Origin: Chrysomallon squamiferum
Lineage: Eukaryota > Animalia > Mollusca
Direction: 5' to 3'
Length of the DNA stretch: 64,000 nt
NCBI GenBank assembly: GCA_012295275.1
Contig: CM022678.1
Coordinates: 16,616,001-16,680,000, forward strand
The position numbers and the translations under genes were made by a program. Below the pieces are notes generated by a model, which was not told where the DNA came from, did not search any database, and saw nothing but the letters and a program-made list of their open reading frames with translations. Positions within the stretch are counted from its first letter, which is position 1; the number at the start of each line of letters is the position of its first letter. Positions 29,464-42,311 of the stretch are shown here, in pieces.

Positions 29464-30150
29464 TAAAATATATAATTTTCCTCACGTTTTCTCAGTGTGA
29501 AGAAATGTCAACTGTTACAAGGGAGCAGGAATCAACAGCATTGAATTTGTGTCGTTTGTTTGAAGATGCTGTTTATAGTCTTGAAGTCAACAGCTACGGA
29601 AGAATGTCTGCGTAAACAAAAAAAAAAAACAACAAAAAAAAAAATTCTGTCAGCTAGATTTTCTTCCACAAAACCTGAGAAATATAAATTAGGTGATTAC
29701 GTTTTTGATTTTGTTAATTAGTAATTAATGTAAAAGAAAGAAAAAAAAAAGAAAAAACAATATATATATATATATACAAAAACATAAAAATGAACAAAAA
29801 TGAAATAATGACATTGAGTGTCATAGTTATTTATTTATTATTATTATTATTATTGTTATCATTATTATTTATTTATTTCATCGAATTATTAATAAATTAT
29901 GATATTTGTTTTATATTTTAATCAAATTAACTTTGTCAGCGTTCTCATTTTATTATTTATTTATTTATTATTATTATTATTAATATTATTATTATTATTA
30001 TTATTAAAAATATTTAATTTTACCGTTTTCTAAAAACTAAAAAATGTTCTGCTTTTTCTGGAGTCTGCTGAAACGTCTGCTTCTTACAAATTTATTTTTG
30101 AAGGTTCTGACGTCACAACGTTTACGAATAATACGTCACTGGTCAGAAAC
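28844..30150 (-). ncRNA. Putative spliced non-coding 5' exons, right arm (inverted paralog of 9640-10872)
   Basis: The minus strand shows TGACGTCA 30108-30115, donor GT 30023, acceptor tttctcAG 29675, acceptor ttcaaAG 29098 and donor GTAAGT 28849. Confidence 0.35.
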
Positions 30151-30357
30151 TCTTTGAATATATATTTTTTTATTTCTGTATATACATATTTTTTTCTTTT
30201 TCTTTATTTATTTATTTATTTATTATTATTATTATTGTGAAATATATTTACATTCATACCGCAACTGACGACATTTTTGATAGGTTTTGTTAGGCACATC
30301 AAAAAAAAAAAAAAGAAAAATAAAAAGTAAAAAAGTAAAAAAAATAAAATATCTAAA

Positions 30358-30417
<60 letters not shown>

Positions 30418-30614
30418 GTACAAATCTATGCTGTATACATGAAAACAGTTTTACCGATCTCAAAGTAATAACATCCAACAGTATTAAAGAAATAAATAGT
30501 AACGTTCGTTTCGCCACAAACAATGATAATGAGTTTCTAAAATCTCATAATTTCTGATTGGTATCAAAAGAGGATTACTTTTGTTTTGTTGAGAATATTA
30601 ACGAAACCGAATGC

Positions 30615-30721
<107 letters not shown>

Positions 30722-31039
30722 TATCATCCACTACAGTTATTGATTAAAAACAAATGTTATCATTCATTTTGTTTACCCTCAGAAGCATGTTCGAGTAGTC
30801 AAGATAGCACATACCATTAACTTTCACATGAACTATTACTGGGTTGGAAAATATCTCATGAACGCACGGAAGATGATAGATCCAGAGACCATAGACACGA
30901 GTTGTTGTTTTAGTGATAGCGACGTACAATTAATTTTATCAGCAACTACCTATATGCAGTAATGTGAAGAACGGATTTATCCCAGGTGATGATGACAACA
31001 AAATTTACTGTTATCATCAATGTTTCTCTCACTTTTTTG

Positions 31040-31109
<70 letters not shown>

Positions 31110-31937
31110 GAAGTTAATTCTCAGTCTTTTTCTTTCCTTTATAAATGTTTCTCTCTTTCTATCTTCCCCTATCCATTCTCAGTCTTTCTATGCTTTATAA
31201 AGAACTCGCTCTTTCCATTTCCTCTCCATTCACAGTCCTTCTGTGCTTTATAAATGTCTGTCCTTCTCTCTTTCCCTGTCCGTTCTCATTCTTTCTGTGC
31301 ATTCTGAGTCTTCCTATACTTTATTAATCTCTCTTTCTCTTTTTTCCTCTCCATTCACAGACCTTCCGTGCTTTATGAATGTCCGTCCTTCTGTCTTTCC
31401 CTGTCCATTCTCAGTCATTCTTTACTTTGTAAACGTCTCTCTCTTTCCCTCTCCATTCACAGTCCTTCCATACTTTATAAATGTATCTCTCTTTCTCTTC
31501 CTCTCTATCCATTCTCATTTTTTCTATACTTTATAAATGTCTCTCTCTCTCTTTCTCTCTTTCCCTGTCCGTTCTCAGTCTTTCCTTACTTTCTAAATGT
31601 GTCTTTCTTTACCTGTTCCCCCTCCTTTCTCTGTCTTTCTATTCTTTGAAAACGTCTTTCTCACTTTCTCCTTTTTCCCTGTCTGTCTCTGCTTTATAAA
31701 CTTCTCGTTCTTTCTGTCTATCCATTCTCAGTTTTTCTATACTGTATAAAGGTGTCTTTTTTCTCTCTTTCTCTTTTTCCCGTCCATTCTCGGTCATTTT
31801 ATTGTTTCTAAATGTCTTTCTCTTTCTCTGTTTCGCTATCCATTATCAGGGACATTATCTCATATTCAAAACCTATTATGTTTTATTGTTTTTTTTTTTT
31901 TTTTTTTAATGATGAAACCGGTACTCGGACAAATAAT

Positions 31938-32029
<92 letters not shown>

Positions 32030-32200
32030 ATAAAAGTTTGTCTCTTTCTCATTTTCCCTTTCCATGTCCATTCTCTCCTCTTTCTGTGCTTATAGATGTC
32101 TCTTTGTGTTTTTCCCTGTCCATTCTTAGTCTTTCTAAGTTTTATAAATGTCTCTCTCTTTCTCTCTTTCCCTGTTCATTCTCAGGGAAATTATCTCACA
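31040..32200 (+). repeat. Pyrimidine-rich ~45-50-bp minisatellite interleaved with (CT)n
   Basis: Motif 'ctttataaatgtctctct..tttccctgtccattctcagtctttct' is reiterated. It also occurs at 34440-35480, 38050-38380 and 39510-39950, and inverted at 47940-48560 and 56540-57300. Confidence 0.85.
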
Positions 32201-32839
32201 TTCAAAGCCCATCATGTTTTATGAAGACGTTTTTTAAATAGTGAAACCGGTACTCGGACAAATAGCTAATAACAAGTTCTTGTTTTTTTTTTTTTTTTAT
32301 ATATATTTACTGTCATAACAGATCAATTTTGTTGACAAATTTTATTTAGTTTTTTATTTTCTTTACTATTATTATTATTAGTAGTAGTAGTTGTAGTGGT
32401 AGTAGTAGTGGTAGTAGTAGTAGTGGTAGTAGTAGTAGCAGTAGCAGCAACAGCAGTAGTAGTAGAAGATGTGATGGGACCTGAAATCTGTGTAAACTTT
32501 TAAGGTATATTTTTTATTATTATGATTTTTTATTCTCACCTACATTTATATGATGTAAGGGACGTAACCTACCTATCACTGTTGAGATAGTTTTATTTAA
32601 AGTTTTGGTTGCTGTTCATCAAATATTTATCAAAAGTGATAATGAATTTTACTGTCAGTACATTGTTGTTGTTGTTGTTGTATTTTAATATATTTATATT
32701 ATTGTTTTTATTAGTCTCTCTCTCTCTTAACAATTGACTGGAAATTGTGTATGAATGGTGTGTGTGTACGTATATGTGTGTGTGTACGTGTGTGTATGTG
32801 TACGTGTATGTGTATGTGTATGTGTGTGTGTGTTTCAGC

Positions 32840-32970
32840 GAGTCGGATAAACTATCCATGTCACACTTGTTATGTTTCTTGGAATGCTAAGCGAATTCGA
32901 CTCGCACAAAGGAAGAAGTAAAAAAAGGGAAATCCCGTGTTTCAACTGACCCACTTTCGTTATAAATATA
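32840..32970 (+). promoter_or_regulatory. Conserved upstream block of the U unit, containing a kappaB-consensus site
   Basis: GGGAAATCCC (GGGATTTCCC on the other strand) at 32927-32936. The same block lies at 35725-35855, 47495-47620, 49965-50090, ~51915, ~53870, ~55780 and 58225-58345. Confidence 0.45.
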
Positions 32971-33120
32971 GAACACAATTTTAATTATTTATCACTTTCG
33001 AAATTTACTTTCTTTTTACTTTTTATATCGCTGTGTAGGTTTCTGTATCAAGACAATATACTTCTTGCTTGTTGAGTTTGAATGCGGGTTGTACAGCTTA
33101 AATTAGGATGTGTTGTTGCC

Positions 33121-33288
33121 ATCGAGATTTGGCAGAGCGGTGAGCGTGGTGAAATAAAGATAAAAAAAAAAGTGTGATGAGTCACGGCTCGTACTGTGGG
33201 GAGTTCAAATCCTGACTGTGCGGTCGTTACAAGCTACGTAAATTGCCCTTCACAGGTCTTGGGGGCAACATTTCAACCCCAACTTTTT
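33121..33288 (+). ncRNA. tRNA-derived Pol III-type element, interrupted by an 18-nt retro-insertion
   Basis: A box TGGCAGAGCGG at 33130-33140, B box GAGTTCAAATCC at 33201-33212, hairpin ttgccc...gggggcaa, and T5 at 33284-33288. Confidence 0.6.
33153..33170 (+). mobile_element. Extremely 5'-truncated retro-insertion (AATAAA-GAT-A9) with a ~10-bp TSD
   Basis: Flanked by agcgtggtga (33143-33152) and agtgtgatga (33171-33180; 8/10 match). Empty sites in other units read agcgtggtg(a/t)gtcacgg only once. Confidence 0.75.
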
Positions 33289-33634
33289 ATTTTATTTTGT
33301 TATATTATTATTATTTCATATATTTTATTATTTATTTATTTCACGTTCCTGTCAGTGTCTCTTTCTGATCCTCAGTCTGTCTTTGTACATATCTGTATTT
33401 CTTTCTCGGTGGGCGACAGATAACAAATATATACACCGAGACAAACAGCATACTGATGAGATATTTTCTTCTACCATAGCAAATCAGTCTATGCTGAGAA
33501 ATGAAAAATGGACTGTGGTTCAAACTGTTATAACTTTTATATGTCACATGCAGCGTACGTGATTCTGTCTTGTCGCAACACTAGAAGTCTTGTCAAAGTC
33601 TCTTAGCCATCTGCAAGTTACTTTATGAACATCT

Positions 33635-33729
33635 GGTCCTTGTCACTTCAAACCTTAGGGACGTCTAGTCCTTGTCACTTCAAACATTAGGGACGTCTAG
33701 ACCTTGTCACTTCAAACCTTAGGGACGTC
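33635..33729. repeat. 32-bp tandem repeat, 3 copies (TAGTCCTTGTCACTTCAAACCTTAGGGACGTC)
   Basis: Direct read. Inverted triplets lie at 49189-49282, ~51137, ~53093 and ~54999. Single copies lie at ~37410 and ~57500. Confidence 0.9.
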
Positions 33730-34131
33730 AGTACAAAATGAATAGTGTTATGTCACTGATTGTGTCACATCGTACAGTGAGAGTGAGAATTTTTCAGCTA
33801 CTTACAGAAACTGTGTTTATTTGTATACATACAGACATACATACATACTTTCATTCATGCATACATACATAGATGCATGCATGGGATGTTACATAAAAAA
33901 AAAATATATATATATTAAGGTTTTATTATTGTAAATTATTTACATAGATTTTTAAAAAATATTTTTTACATATTAGAACATTTCTGGAACCAAAAATATA
34001 AAAATAAGAATAATATATTTAATTAAACTATAATAATTAAAAAAATCAGTCTCACACTATAGAGCAAATCAGAAAAATAATCGTCCACTATTCTTCTTCT
34101 TCTTCTTCTTTTTTCTTCTTCTTCTTCTTGT

Positions 34132-34248
<117 letters not shown>

Positions 34249-34599
34249 CACTATTTGTTATTTTTATTTTATATTATTTTATTGTGTGTGGACTTCAGTT
34301 CAAATTTTTTAATGTAAAAGTGTTTCCGTTGTTTTAGTGATAGCTATGTATAATTAATATTATCAGCGATTACGTGTATGTAATAATGAGATCAATGAAA
34401 ATTTCCCAGGTAATGACGACACATTTTTTTACTGATATCATCAATCTTTCTTTCTCACTTTCCCTGTCCATTGTCACATTCTCATTATTTCTATGCTTTA
34501 TAAATGTTTCTCTCTTTCTCTCCTTAACTCTCAATTCTCAGTCCTTCTCTGCTTAATAATGATCTCTCTTTCTCTCTTTCGAAGTTCATTCTCAGTTTT

Positions 34600-34745
<146 letters not shown>

Positions 34746-34880
34746 TCTCTCTGTCTCTCTCCCCCTCTCTCTCTCTCTTTCTCTTTCTCTCTATACATTC
34801 TCAGTCTGTCTATACTTTATAAATGTCTCTCTCTCTCTCTCTCTCTCTCTCAGTTAATTCTCAGTCTTTTTTTTGCTTTA

Positions 34881-34968
<88 letters not shown>

Positions 34969-35149
34969 AATTCTCAGTCTTTCCGTGCTTTATAAATGTC
35001 TCTCTCTTTCTCTTTCTCTCTATCCATTCTCAGTCTTTCTATACTTTATAAATGTCTCTCTTTCCCTGCTCGTTCTCACGTTCCGTGTTTTATACATCTC
35101 TCTCTCTCTCTCTCTCTCTCAGTTAATTCTCAGTCTTTTTTTTGCTTTA

Positions 35150-35243
<94 letters not shown>

Positions 35244-35474
35244 AATTCTCAGTCTTTTTTTTGCTTTATAAATGTCTCTCTTTCTCTCTTTCCCTGTCCA
35301 TTCTCAGTCTTTCCATGCTTTATAAATGTCTCTCTCTTTCTCTTTCTCCCTATCCATTCTCAGTCTGTCTCTTCTTTAAAATGGTCTCGTTCTTTCTCTC
35401 TATCCATTCTCAGTCTTTCTGTCCTTTATAAATGTCTCTCTCTTTCTCTGTTTCGCTGTCCATTCTCAGGGACA

Positions 35475-35537
<63 letters not shown>

Positions 35538-35675
35538 GAGTGCCATATTTATTTTCTTATTGTTATGTGTATGTGGAGGTGTCTATATATCGTTATTTAT
35601 ATTCCTATTTGAATTAACAATTGATTGGAAATTGTGAATGGTGTGTGTGAATGTGTGTGTGTTTACGTATGTGTG

Positions 35676-35706
<31 letters not shown>

Positions 35707-36078
35707 ATGTGTGTGTGTTATTTTAGTCAGTCGGATAAGCTATCCATGTCACACTTGGGGTGTTTCTCGGAATGCTAAGCGAATTCGACTCGCACAAAGG
35801 AAGAAGTAAAAAAGGGAAATCCCGTGTTTCAACTGACCCACTTTCGTTATAAATATAGAATAAAACTTTAATTATTTATCACTATCAAAATTTACTTTCT
35901 TTTTAGTTTTTATATCTGTGTGTAGGTTTCTATATCAAGACAATATACTTTTTGCTCGTAATTTTAATTTATTTTACCTATACAGTTTAATCAGTTCAGT
36001 TTGAATGCGGGTTGTATAGCTTAAATCAGAAGGTGTTGTTGCCATCGAGATTTGGCAGAGCGGTGAGCGTGGTGTGTT

Positions 36079-36945
36079 TCAGAGCTTATTCAAGATGTCG
36101 AAGTACCTTGAACTCTTTCGAATTTCAAAGTACCTTGAAAAATTTTCAAGGTGCCATCAGATTATTAAAGAAAATGGTGGTATAAAAGGATCATTTCTAG
36201 TGTTTTTTAGGACTGATGAGTTGAAGACGGGAAGATTCGTTGGAGAGGACAAACTTGGAAATAAATACTATGAAAATAAAATGTATTTCATGGGTCGTAG
36301 TCGTTGGGTAGATTATAGTCCAGCAGCAGGCTGGGATTATGATGCAAGCCAAATTCCAGCAGAATGGCATGGTTGGCTCCATTATGTCCGTGATGAACCT
36401 CCTACAGAAAAACCTCTAGTAAAATACAAGTGGTTGATGGATCACAAAGAGAATCTGACTGGAACTCCCGACCAGTATGTGCCCTACAGTACAGTCAGAC
36501 CAAAAATAGAGTCTTGGAAACCTCAACAAAGATGAAAAAACATAAAAACAAAAATGTGCTTTGAACTTATAGTAACATTTTACTGTTGTCTTTTGTGTTG
36601 AAAAATCGATGTTATAAATAATTGACTAAAAAGGTAAAAAGTTTTATTATGAAATTTTATTATTAACTGTTTAATAGTAAAAATATATTAATATTGAGGT
36701 TTTTTGCTAAAGGTATGCAACCTGCATACTTATGTTCCACTATTTGCAGAATAGATTTTAGTTTTGCATTTATGGAATATAATTTATTTGCTGCTTTTGT
36801 AAAAAATAGATATTGAAACTGGACAAGAAAAAAATACAGTAAAAGTTTTAAGGAGTTTACTAAATCTTTGTAGAATAACTTAAAGATCTGTGGATATGTG
36901 TGTGTAATAAAGTATAATATGATCAAAAAAAAAAAAAAAAAAAAA
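36079..36945 (+). other. NDUFA12: Processed (retroposed) mRNA copy of NDUFA12 with 5'UTR, 3'UTR, poly(A) and a 13-bp TSD
   Basis: Intronless CDS, AATAAA at 36906-36911, A22 at 36925-36946, and identical flanking repeats agcgtggtgtgtt at 36066-36078 and 36946-36958. Confidence 0.92.
36095..36535 (+). CDS. NDUFA12: NADH dehydrogenase [ubiquinone] 1 alpha subcomplex subunit 12 (B17.2), intact 146-aa retrocopy ORF
   Basis: Family motifs RTDELKTGRFVGEDKLGNKYYEN, GRSRWVDY, YDASQIPAEWHGWLHY and ENLTGTPDQYVPYSTVRPKIESWKP. The ATG at 36095 is in context caagATGt. Confidence 0.92.
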   Translation: MSKYLELFRISKYLEKFSRCHQIIKENGGIKGSFLVFFRTDELKTGRFVGEDKLGNKYYENKMYFMGRSRWVDYSPAAGWDYDASQIPAEWHGWLHYVRDEPPTEKPLVKYKWLMDHKENLTGTPDQYVPYSTVRPKIESWKPQQR

Positions 36946-38555
36946 AGCGTGGTGTGTTACGGCACGCAGTGTTGGGAGTTCAAATCTTGACTGTGCGTTT
37001 CGTAACAAACTGCGTAAATTGCCCTAGACAGGTCTTGGGGGCAAAATATCAACCTCACACTTTTCCATTTGTTTTCCATTTTTTTTATTTTTTATATTAT
37101 TATTATTTCATATATTTTATTATTTATTTATTTCACGTTCCTGTCAGTGTCTGTTTCTGTTCCTCAGTCTGTGTTTGTACATATCTGTATTTCTTTCTCG
37201 GTGGGCGACAGATACGAAATATATACATACACCGAGAGAGACATCATATTGATGAGATATTTTTTTTCTACCATAACAAATCAGTCACTATATGGTGGGA
37301 AATGAATAATGGACTGTCGTTTAAACTGTTATAACTTTTATATGCAACGTACGTGATTCTGTTTTGTCACAACACTAGAACACTGCAAGTTACTTTATGG
37401 ACATCTGGTTCTTGTCACTTCAAACCTTAGGTACATACTTACAAAATGAATAGTGTTATGTCACTATTGTGTCACATCATACAGTGAAAGTGACAATTTT
37501 TCAGCTTGTTACAGAAACTGTCTTTATTTGTATACATACAGACATACATAGATGCATGCATGGGATGTTACATAAACAAAAATATATTAAGATTTTATTA
37601 TTGAAAATTATTTACATAGTTTTTTTTTTTTTTTTATAATTATTTACATATTAGAACATTTCTGGAACCAAAAACATAAAAATAAGAATAATATATTTAA
37701 TTAAAATATAATAATTAAAAAAATCAGTCTGACACCACAGAGCAAATTAGAAAAATAATCGTCCTCTATTCTTCTTCTTCTTTTTCTTCTTCTTCTTCTT
37801 CTTCTTCTTCTTCTTCTTCTTCTTCTTTTTTCCTCTTCTTGTTATTATTACTATTATTACTATAATTATTATTATTATCACAATTTTATTTTGTTATTTT
37901 ATATTATTTTATTGTGTGTGCTCTTCAGTTCAAATGTATTAATTTAAAACTGTTTCCGTTGTTTTAGTGATAGCTATGTATAATTAATTTTATGAGCGAT
38001 TCCGTGTATGTAGTAATGAGATGAATGAAAATATCTCAGGAGATGATGACAAACTGTTATCATCAATCTTTATTTCTCACTTTCCCTGTCCTGTCTCACC
38101 TTCTCATTATTTCTCTGCTTTATAATGATCTCTCTCTTTCTTTGTTTCGAAGTTCATTCTCAGTTTTTTATACTTTCTGAATGTCTCTCACTTTCTTTCT
38201 TTCACTGTCCATTTTCAGCCTTTCTATATTTTCTAAATATCTCTCTCTTTCACTGACCATTCTCAGTTTTTCTGTATTTATAAACGTTTCTCTCTTTCCC
38301 TCTTTCCCTATCTCTGTCGATTCTCAGTCTTTCTATGCTTTATAAATATCTCTTTTTCTTTTTCCGTGTGCATTCTCAGAGAAATTATCTCACATTTCAA
38401 ACCCATCATGTTTTATGATGACGTTTTTTAAATACTGAAATCGGTACTCGGACAAATAGCTAATTAGAAATTAGAGCAGACAATTTTATTTATTTATTTA
38501 TTTATTTAATATTATTATTATTAGTGGTAGTAGTAGTAGTAGCAGTAGTAGTTGC

Positions 38556-38590
<35 letters not shown>

Positions 38591-38608
38591 CAGCAGCATT
38601 AGTAGTAA

Positions 38609-38650
<42 letters not shown>

Positions 38651-38999
38651 CAGCAGAAGTAGTAGTAGTAGTAGTAGCAGCAGCAGCAGCAGTAGTAGTA
38701 ATAGAAGTAGTAGCTGATGTGGTAGCAATAGTAGTAGTAGTAGTATTATCGTTTCTGATAGTTTAAATTTCTGAAATGACGAATAGAAATTTTCTTTTTC
38801 TTTTTTTTTTATCTTCTTTTTTTCTCCTATATGTATATGATGTAAGGGACGTAACCTACAGTTCATTGTTAAGATACTTTTACTTAAAGGTTGTGGTTTT
38901 TGTTCTTCAAATAATTATCAAAAGTGACAATAAAGTTTACAATAAACAAACCACTGTCAGTACATTATTGTTGTTGTATTTATTATCATTGTTATTGCT

Positions 39000-39485
39000 A
39001 TTAGTTGTAATAGTAGTAGGAATAAGCATATGATTATTGTAAGTGATAATAAACGTTTTAGTGACTAAACACATGTCAGTACATCATTACTGTTTCTGTA
39101 CTGCTGCTATTAGTTGTAGTAGTACAAGTAGTTGTAGTAACAGCAACAGCAGTAGTAATAGTACTAATAGTAGTAGTAGTATGTGATTATTATAATGATA
39201 GAGAACGGTTTAGTAAGTACACCGCTGTTAATACATTATTGTTGCCAGTGAGATTCGTGGTAGTAGTAGTCGTAGTAGTAGTCGTAGTAGCAGTAGTAAT
39301 AGCAACAGCAATAAGAACAGTAGTACTGTCTAACATGTTTTATTTAGCCTAAGCATTTTAAAACTCGTCTCTATAGTCACTGGATCTATCCTCTTCCGTG
39401 CGTTCAAGGGATATTTTCCAAACCAGTAATTATTCGTCTGTGAAAGTACGTATTATCTTGACTATTGGAAAATGCTTCTGAGGTG
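39000..39485. repeat. Block X, inverted paralog of 58430-58840; short inverted copy at 30775-30905
   Basis: 'gtcactggatctatcctcttccg' at 39377 corresponds to 'cggaagaggatagatccagtgac' at 58477 and 'cggaagatgatagatccagagac' at 30867. Confidence 0.8.
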
Positions 39486-40403
39486 GGATAAATATCAATC
39501 CATTTTTTTTTTTCTCACTTTCCCTGTCCATTCTCAGTCTTTCTGTCCTTTATAAATGTATCTCTCTTTCTCTTTCTCCCTGTCCAAGGTCAGTCTCTGT
39601 GTGGTTTCTAAATGTCTCTTTTTCTCTCATTCTCTTTCTCCCTGTCCATTCTCAGTCTTTTCGTCCTTTACACACGTCTCTATCTGTCCTTTCTCCATGT
39701 CTATTCTCACTCTTTCTGTGCTTTCCAAATGTCTGTTTCTCTGTTTCTCTTTTCCCTGTTCATTCTGAGTCTTTCTGTGCTTTCTAAATGTCTCTGTCTC
39801 TCTGTTTCACGTTTTCTCTGTCCATTCTCAGTCTTTCTAAGACTTCTAAATGTCTCTCTTTCCCTGCTCATTCTCAGTCGTTCTCTTCTTTCCAAATATA
39901 TCTCTATCTGTTTCTCTATTCTCCTGTTCATTCTCAAGGAAAGTATCTCTCATTCAAAGCCCATCATGTTTTATCAAGACGTTTGTTAAATAGTGAAACC
40001 GGTACTCGGATAAATTGCTAATTAGAATTTTCTTTTTATATTTACTGTCATTAGAGAAGAATTTTGTGGACAAATTTTTTTTTTTCATTTTCATTACTGT
40101 TGTTGTTATTATTATTATTAGTAGTAGAATTACTGCTAGTAGTAGTAGTAGTAGCAGTGGCAGCAGTAGTAGTAGAACATGTGATGATAACATGTGATCA
40201 TCGTTTCTTAAATCTGTGTAAAAACGAACACTAATTTTTTAAGGTATATTTTTATTAATATGATTTTTTTTTCACGTACGTGTATATATGATGTAAGGGA
40301 AGTAACCTACTGTTAAGATAGTTTTACTTAAAGTTGTGGTTCCTTTTCATCAAATAATTATCAAAAACGTTGTTGCTGTTGTATGCACTACCATTCTTAT
40401 TAT

Positions 40404-40480
<77 letters not shown>

Positions 40481-40859
40481 GACTGCCATATTTTCTTCTT
40501 CTTGTTATCTGCCTGTGGAGGTGTCTATATATCATTATTTATATACCTATTTGAATTATGAATTCATTGCAAATTGTATATGAATGGTGTGTGTATGTGT
40601 GTCAGTCTATTCTTTCTAAATGTCTCTTTCTTTCTACTTTCGGTGTCCTTTCGCAGGTAAATTATCTTACATTCAAATCCCATATGTTTTATGATGACAT
40701 TTAATAAATAATGGACAAATAGGTAATTAGAAATTTTAATATATACTGTCATTACAGCAGAATTCCGTGTACAAATTTTATTTAATTATTTATTAATATT
40801 GTTATTATTATTATAATTTAGTTATACTTAACAAGCAAATTTATAATTTAATGTCCTTC

Positions 40860-41700
40860 TCGGCCGTAGCCCGGGTGTCCCCCCCCCCAAGCACCATGTA
40901 AAGATTGTTGTATCGGTTCCAGCAACACCAAACAACACGTGACCGTCTCAGATCAGGTAGACCACGTGTAAACACCAGGTCCCAGGATACGGGTACTTCA
41001 TCTACGGGAAAGAACCACCACGGCAACCTCTACTGCTTCAGCAATTCCAGGTCTGCGTAGAATATCGGTTCAGACAGCGCGCAGTCGTTTACGCGAGGCA
41101 GGTATTCAAGCCAGACGGCCTGTAAGAAGAGTGGTTTTGACTCAACAACATCGTCCACTACGACGTCAGTGGTGTCAAGTGCACAGAGTCTGCCCTCAGT
41201 TACGATGGAAAACTGTCTGCTTTAGTGAGCAGGCTCGATTTCAGCTTCGTCGGGTTGATGGAAGATGTCGAGTTTACAGACGTCGTGGTGAACGTTCTGC
41301 TGCCAACTGCATACAGGAAGCAGACATATTTGGCGGTGGTAGTGTGATGGTGTGGGAAGCAATCTCATACACTGGCAGCACCAACCTGGTTCACATCCAA
41401 GACAATTTAACGGCAAAGAAATACCGAAATGATATTTTGGAGCCACATGTCGCTCAGGTTATGAATATTAGTAATGCTGTATTCGAGTATGACAATGCGA
41501 GACCACACACAGCTAGACTCACAAAAACGTATCTTCACAACAGTAACATTCAAGGCCTGTCCTGGCCCTCTAAATTTCCTGATTTGAACTCCACAGAGCA
41601 TTTATGGGATGAGTTGGATAGATGACTGAGGCAGCATCAACCACAGCCACAGAATCGTGCTCAGTTGGCATTATTACTAAGAAAGAGTGGGCCACTTGTG
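40860..41700 (+). mobile_element. Decayed Tc1/mariner transposase (pseudogene fragment)
   Basis: HTH region ...TTRDRLRSGRPRV...ISVQTARSRLREAGIQARRP, followed by degenerate catalytic motifs FSEQARF (from FSDESRF), GGGSVMVW, YDNARPHTA and WPSKFPDLNSTEHLWDEL. It carries stops and frameshifts, and no TIRs were recognised. Confidence 0.9.
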
Positions 41701-42182
41701 CAAGACCTATAATCTCTTTATCACCTAAGATAAGTATATCATTCTTAAATCTAATTATAAATATATGTCTTTTTTTTCGTTTTTCTGAATGAATATTGTT
41801 TTTAAGAATGTTCAGAAATTAGTGCAATTCAGTAAATAAATAAAATAACATTCAATTAAAATAAAAAATAAAACAAAATAAAATAATATAATAAAATTAA
41901 TAAATGAAAAGAAATTGAATGTATTAAAAATAAAATGAAATAAATGGAAATGATAGAAACTTAAAATAAATTAAATAAATTAAATTAAATTAAAGTAAAA
42001 CATGTATTTATTTCTCTGTATGTTAAGGTTTTTTGATCAGCACAATGTCTGGGTATAATGAGTTTCTACTACTATATTAATTTTTGTGTTATCTGCTGAC
42101 TAAAGAAATAGTTTCACAGGATTCTTATCTGCTGTTACAATGTTAAAAAAAAAAAAAAATGCTTGTCTACGCAGGCACACAT

Positions 42183-42311
<129 letters not shown>

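Larger units (their letters stand above)
19200..30200. repeat. Right arm of the large inverted duplication, with internal tandem re-duplications
   Basis: 20430-20817 and 21290-21768 are near-identical reverse complements of 4230-4630 and 3555-4022. 'tttccaacatttagaagaaaagcaactagtc' recurs at ~21250, ~23595, ~25495 and ~26890. Segment 21965-22210 resembles 24425-24720. Confidence 0.75.
36044..37064 (+). ncRNA. tRNA-derived element split by the NDUFA12 retrocopy (halves 36044-36078 and 36946-37064)
   Basis: The A box (36053-36063) lies before the insert. The B box GAGTTCAAATC, the hairpin and T4 lie after the poly(A). Confidence 0.65.

Noticed and set aside
36074-36094. GTG-initiated N-terminal extension of NDUFA12 in the ORF track
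   Set aside because: The GTG lies in the target-site duplication. The eukaryotic start is the ATG at 36095.
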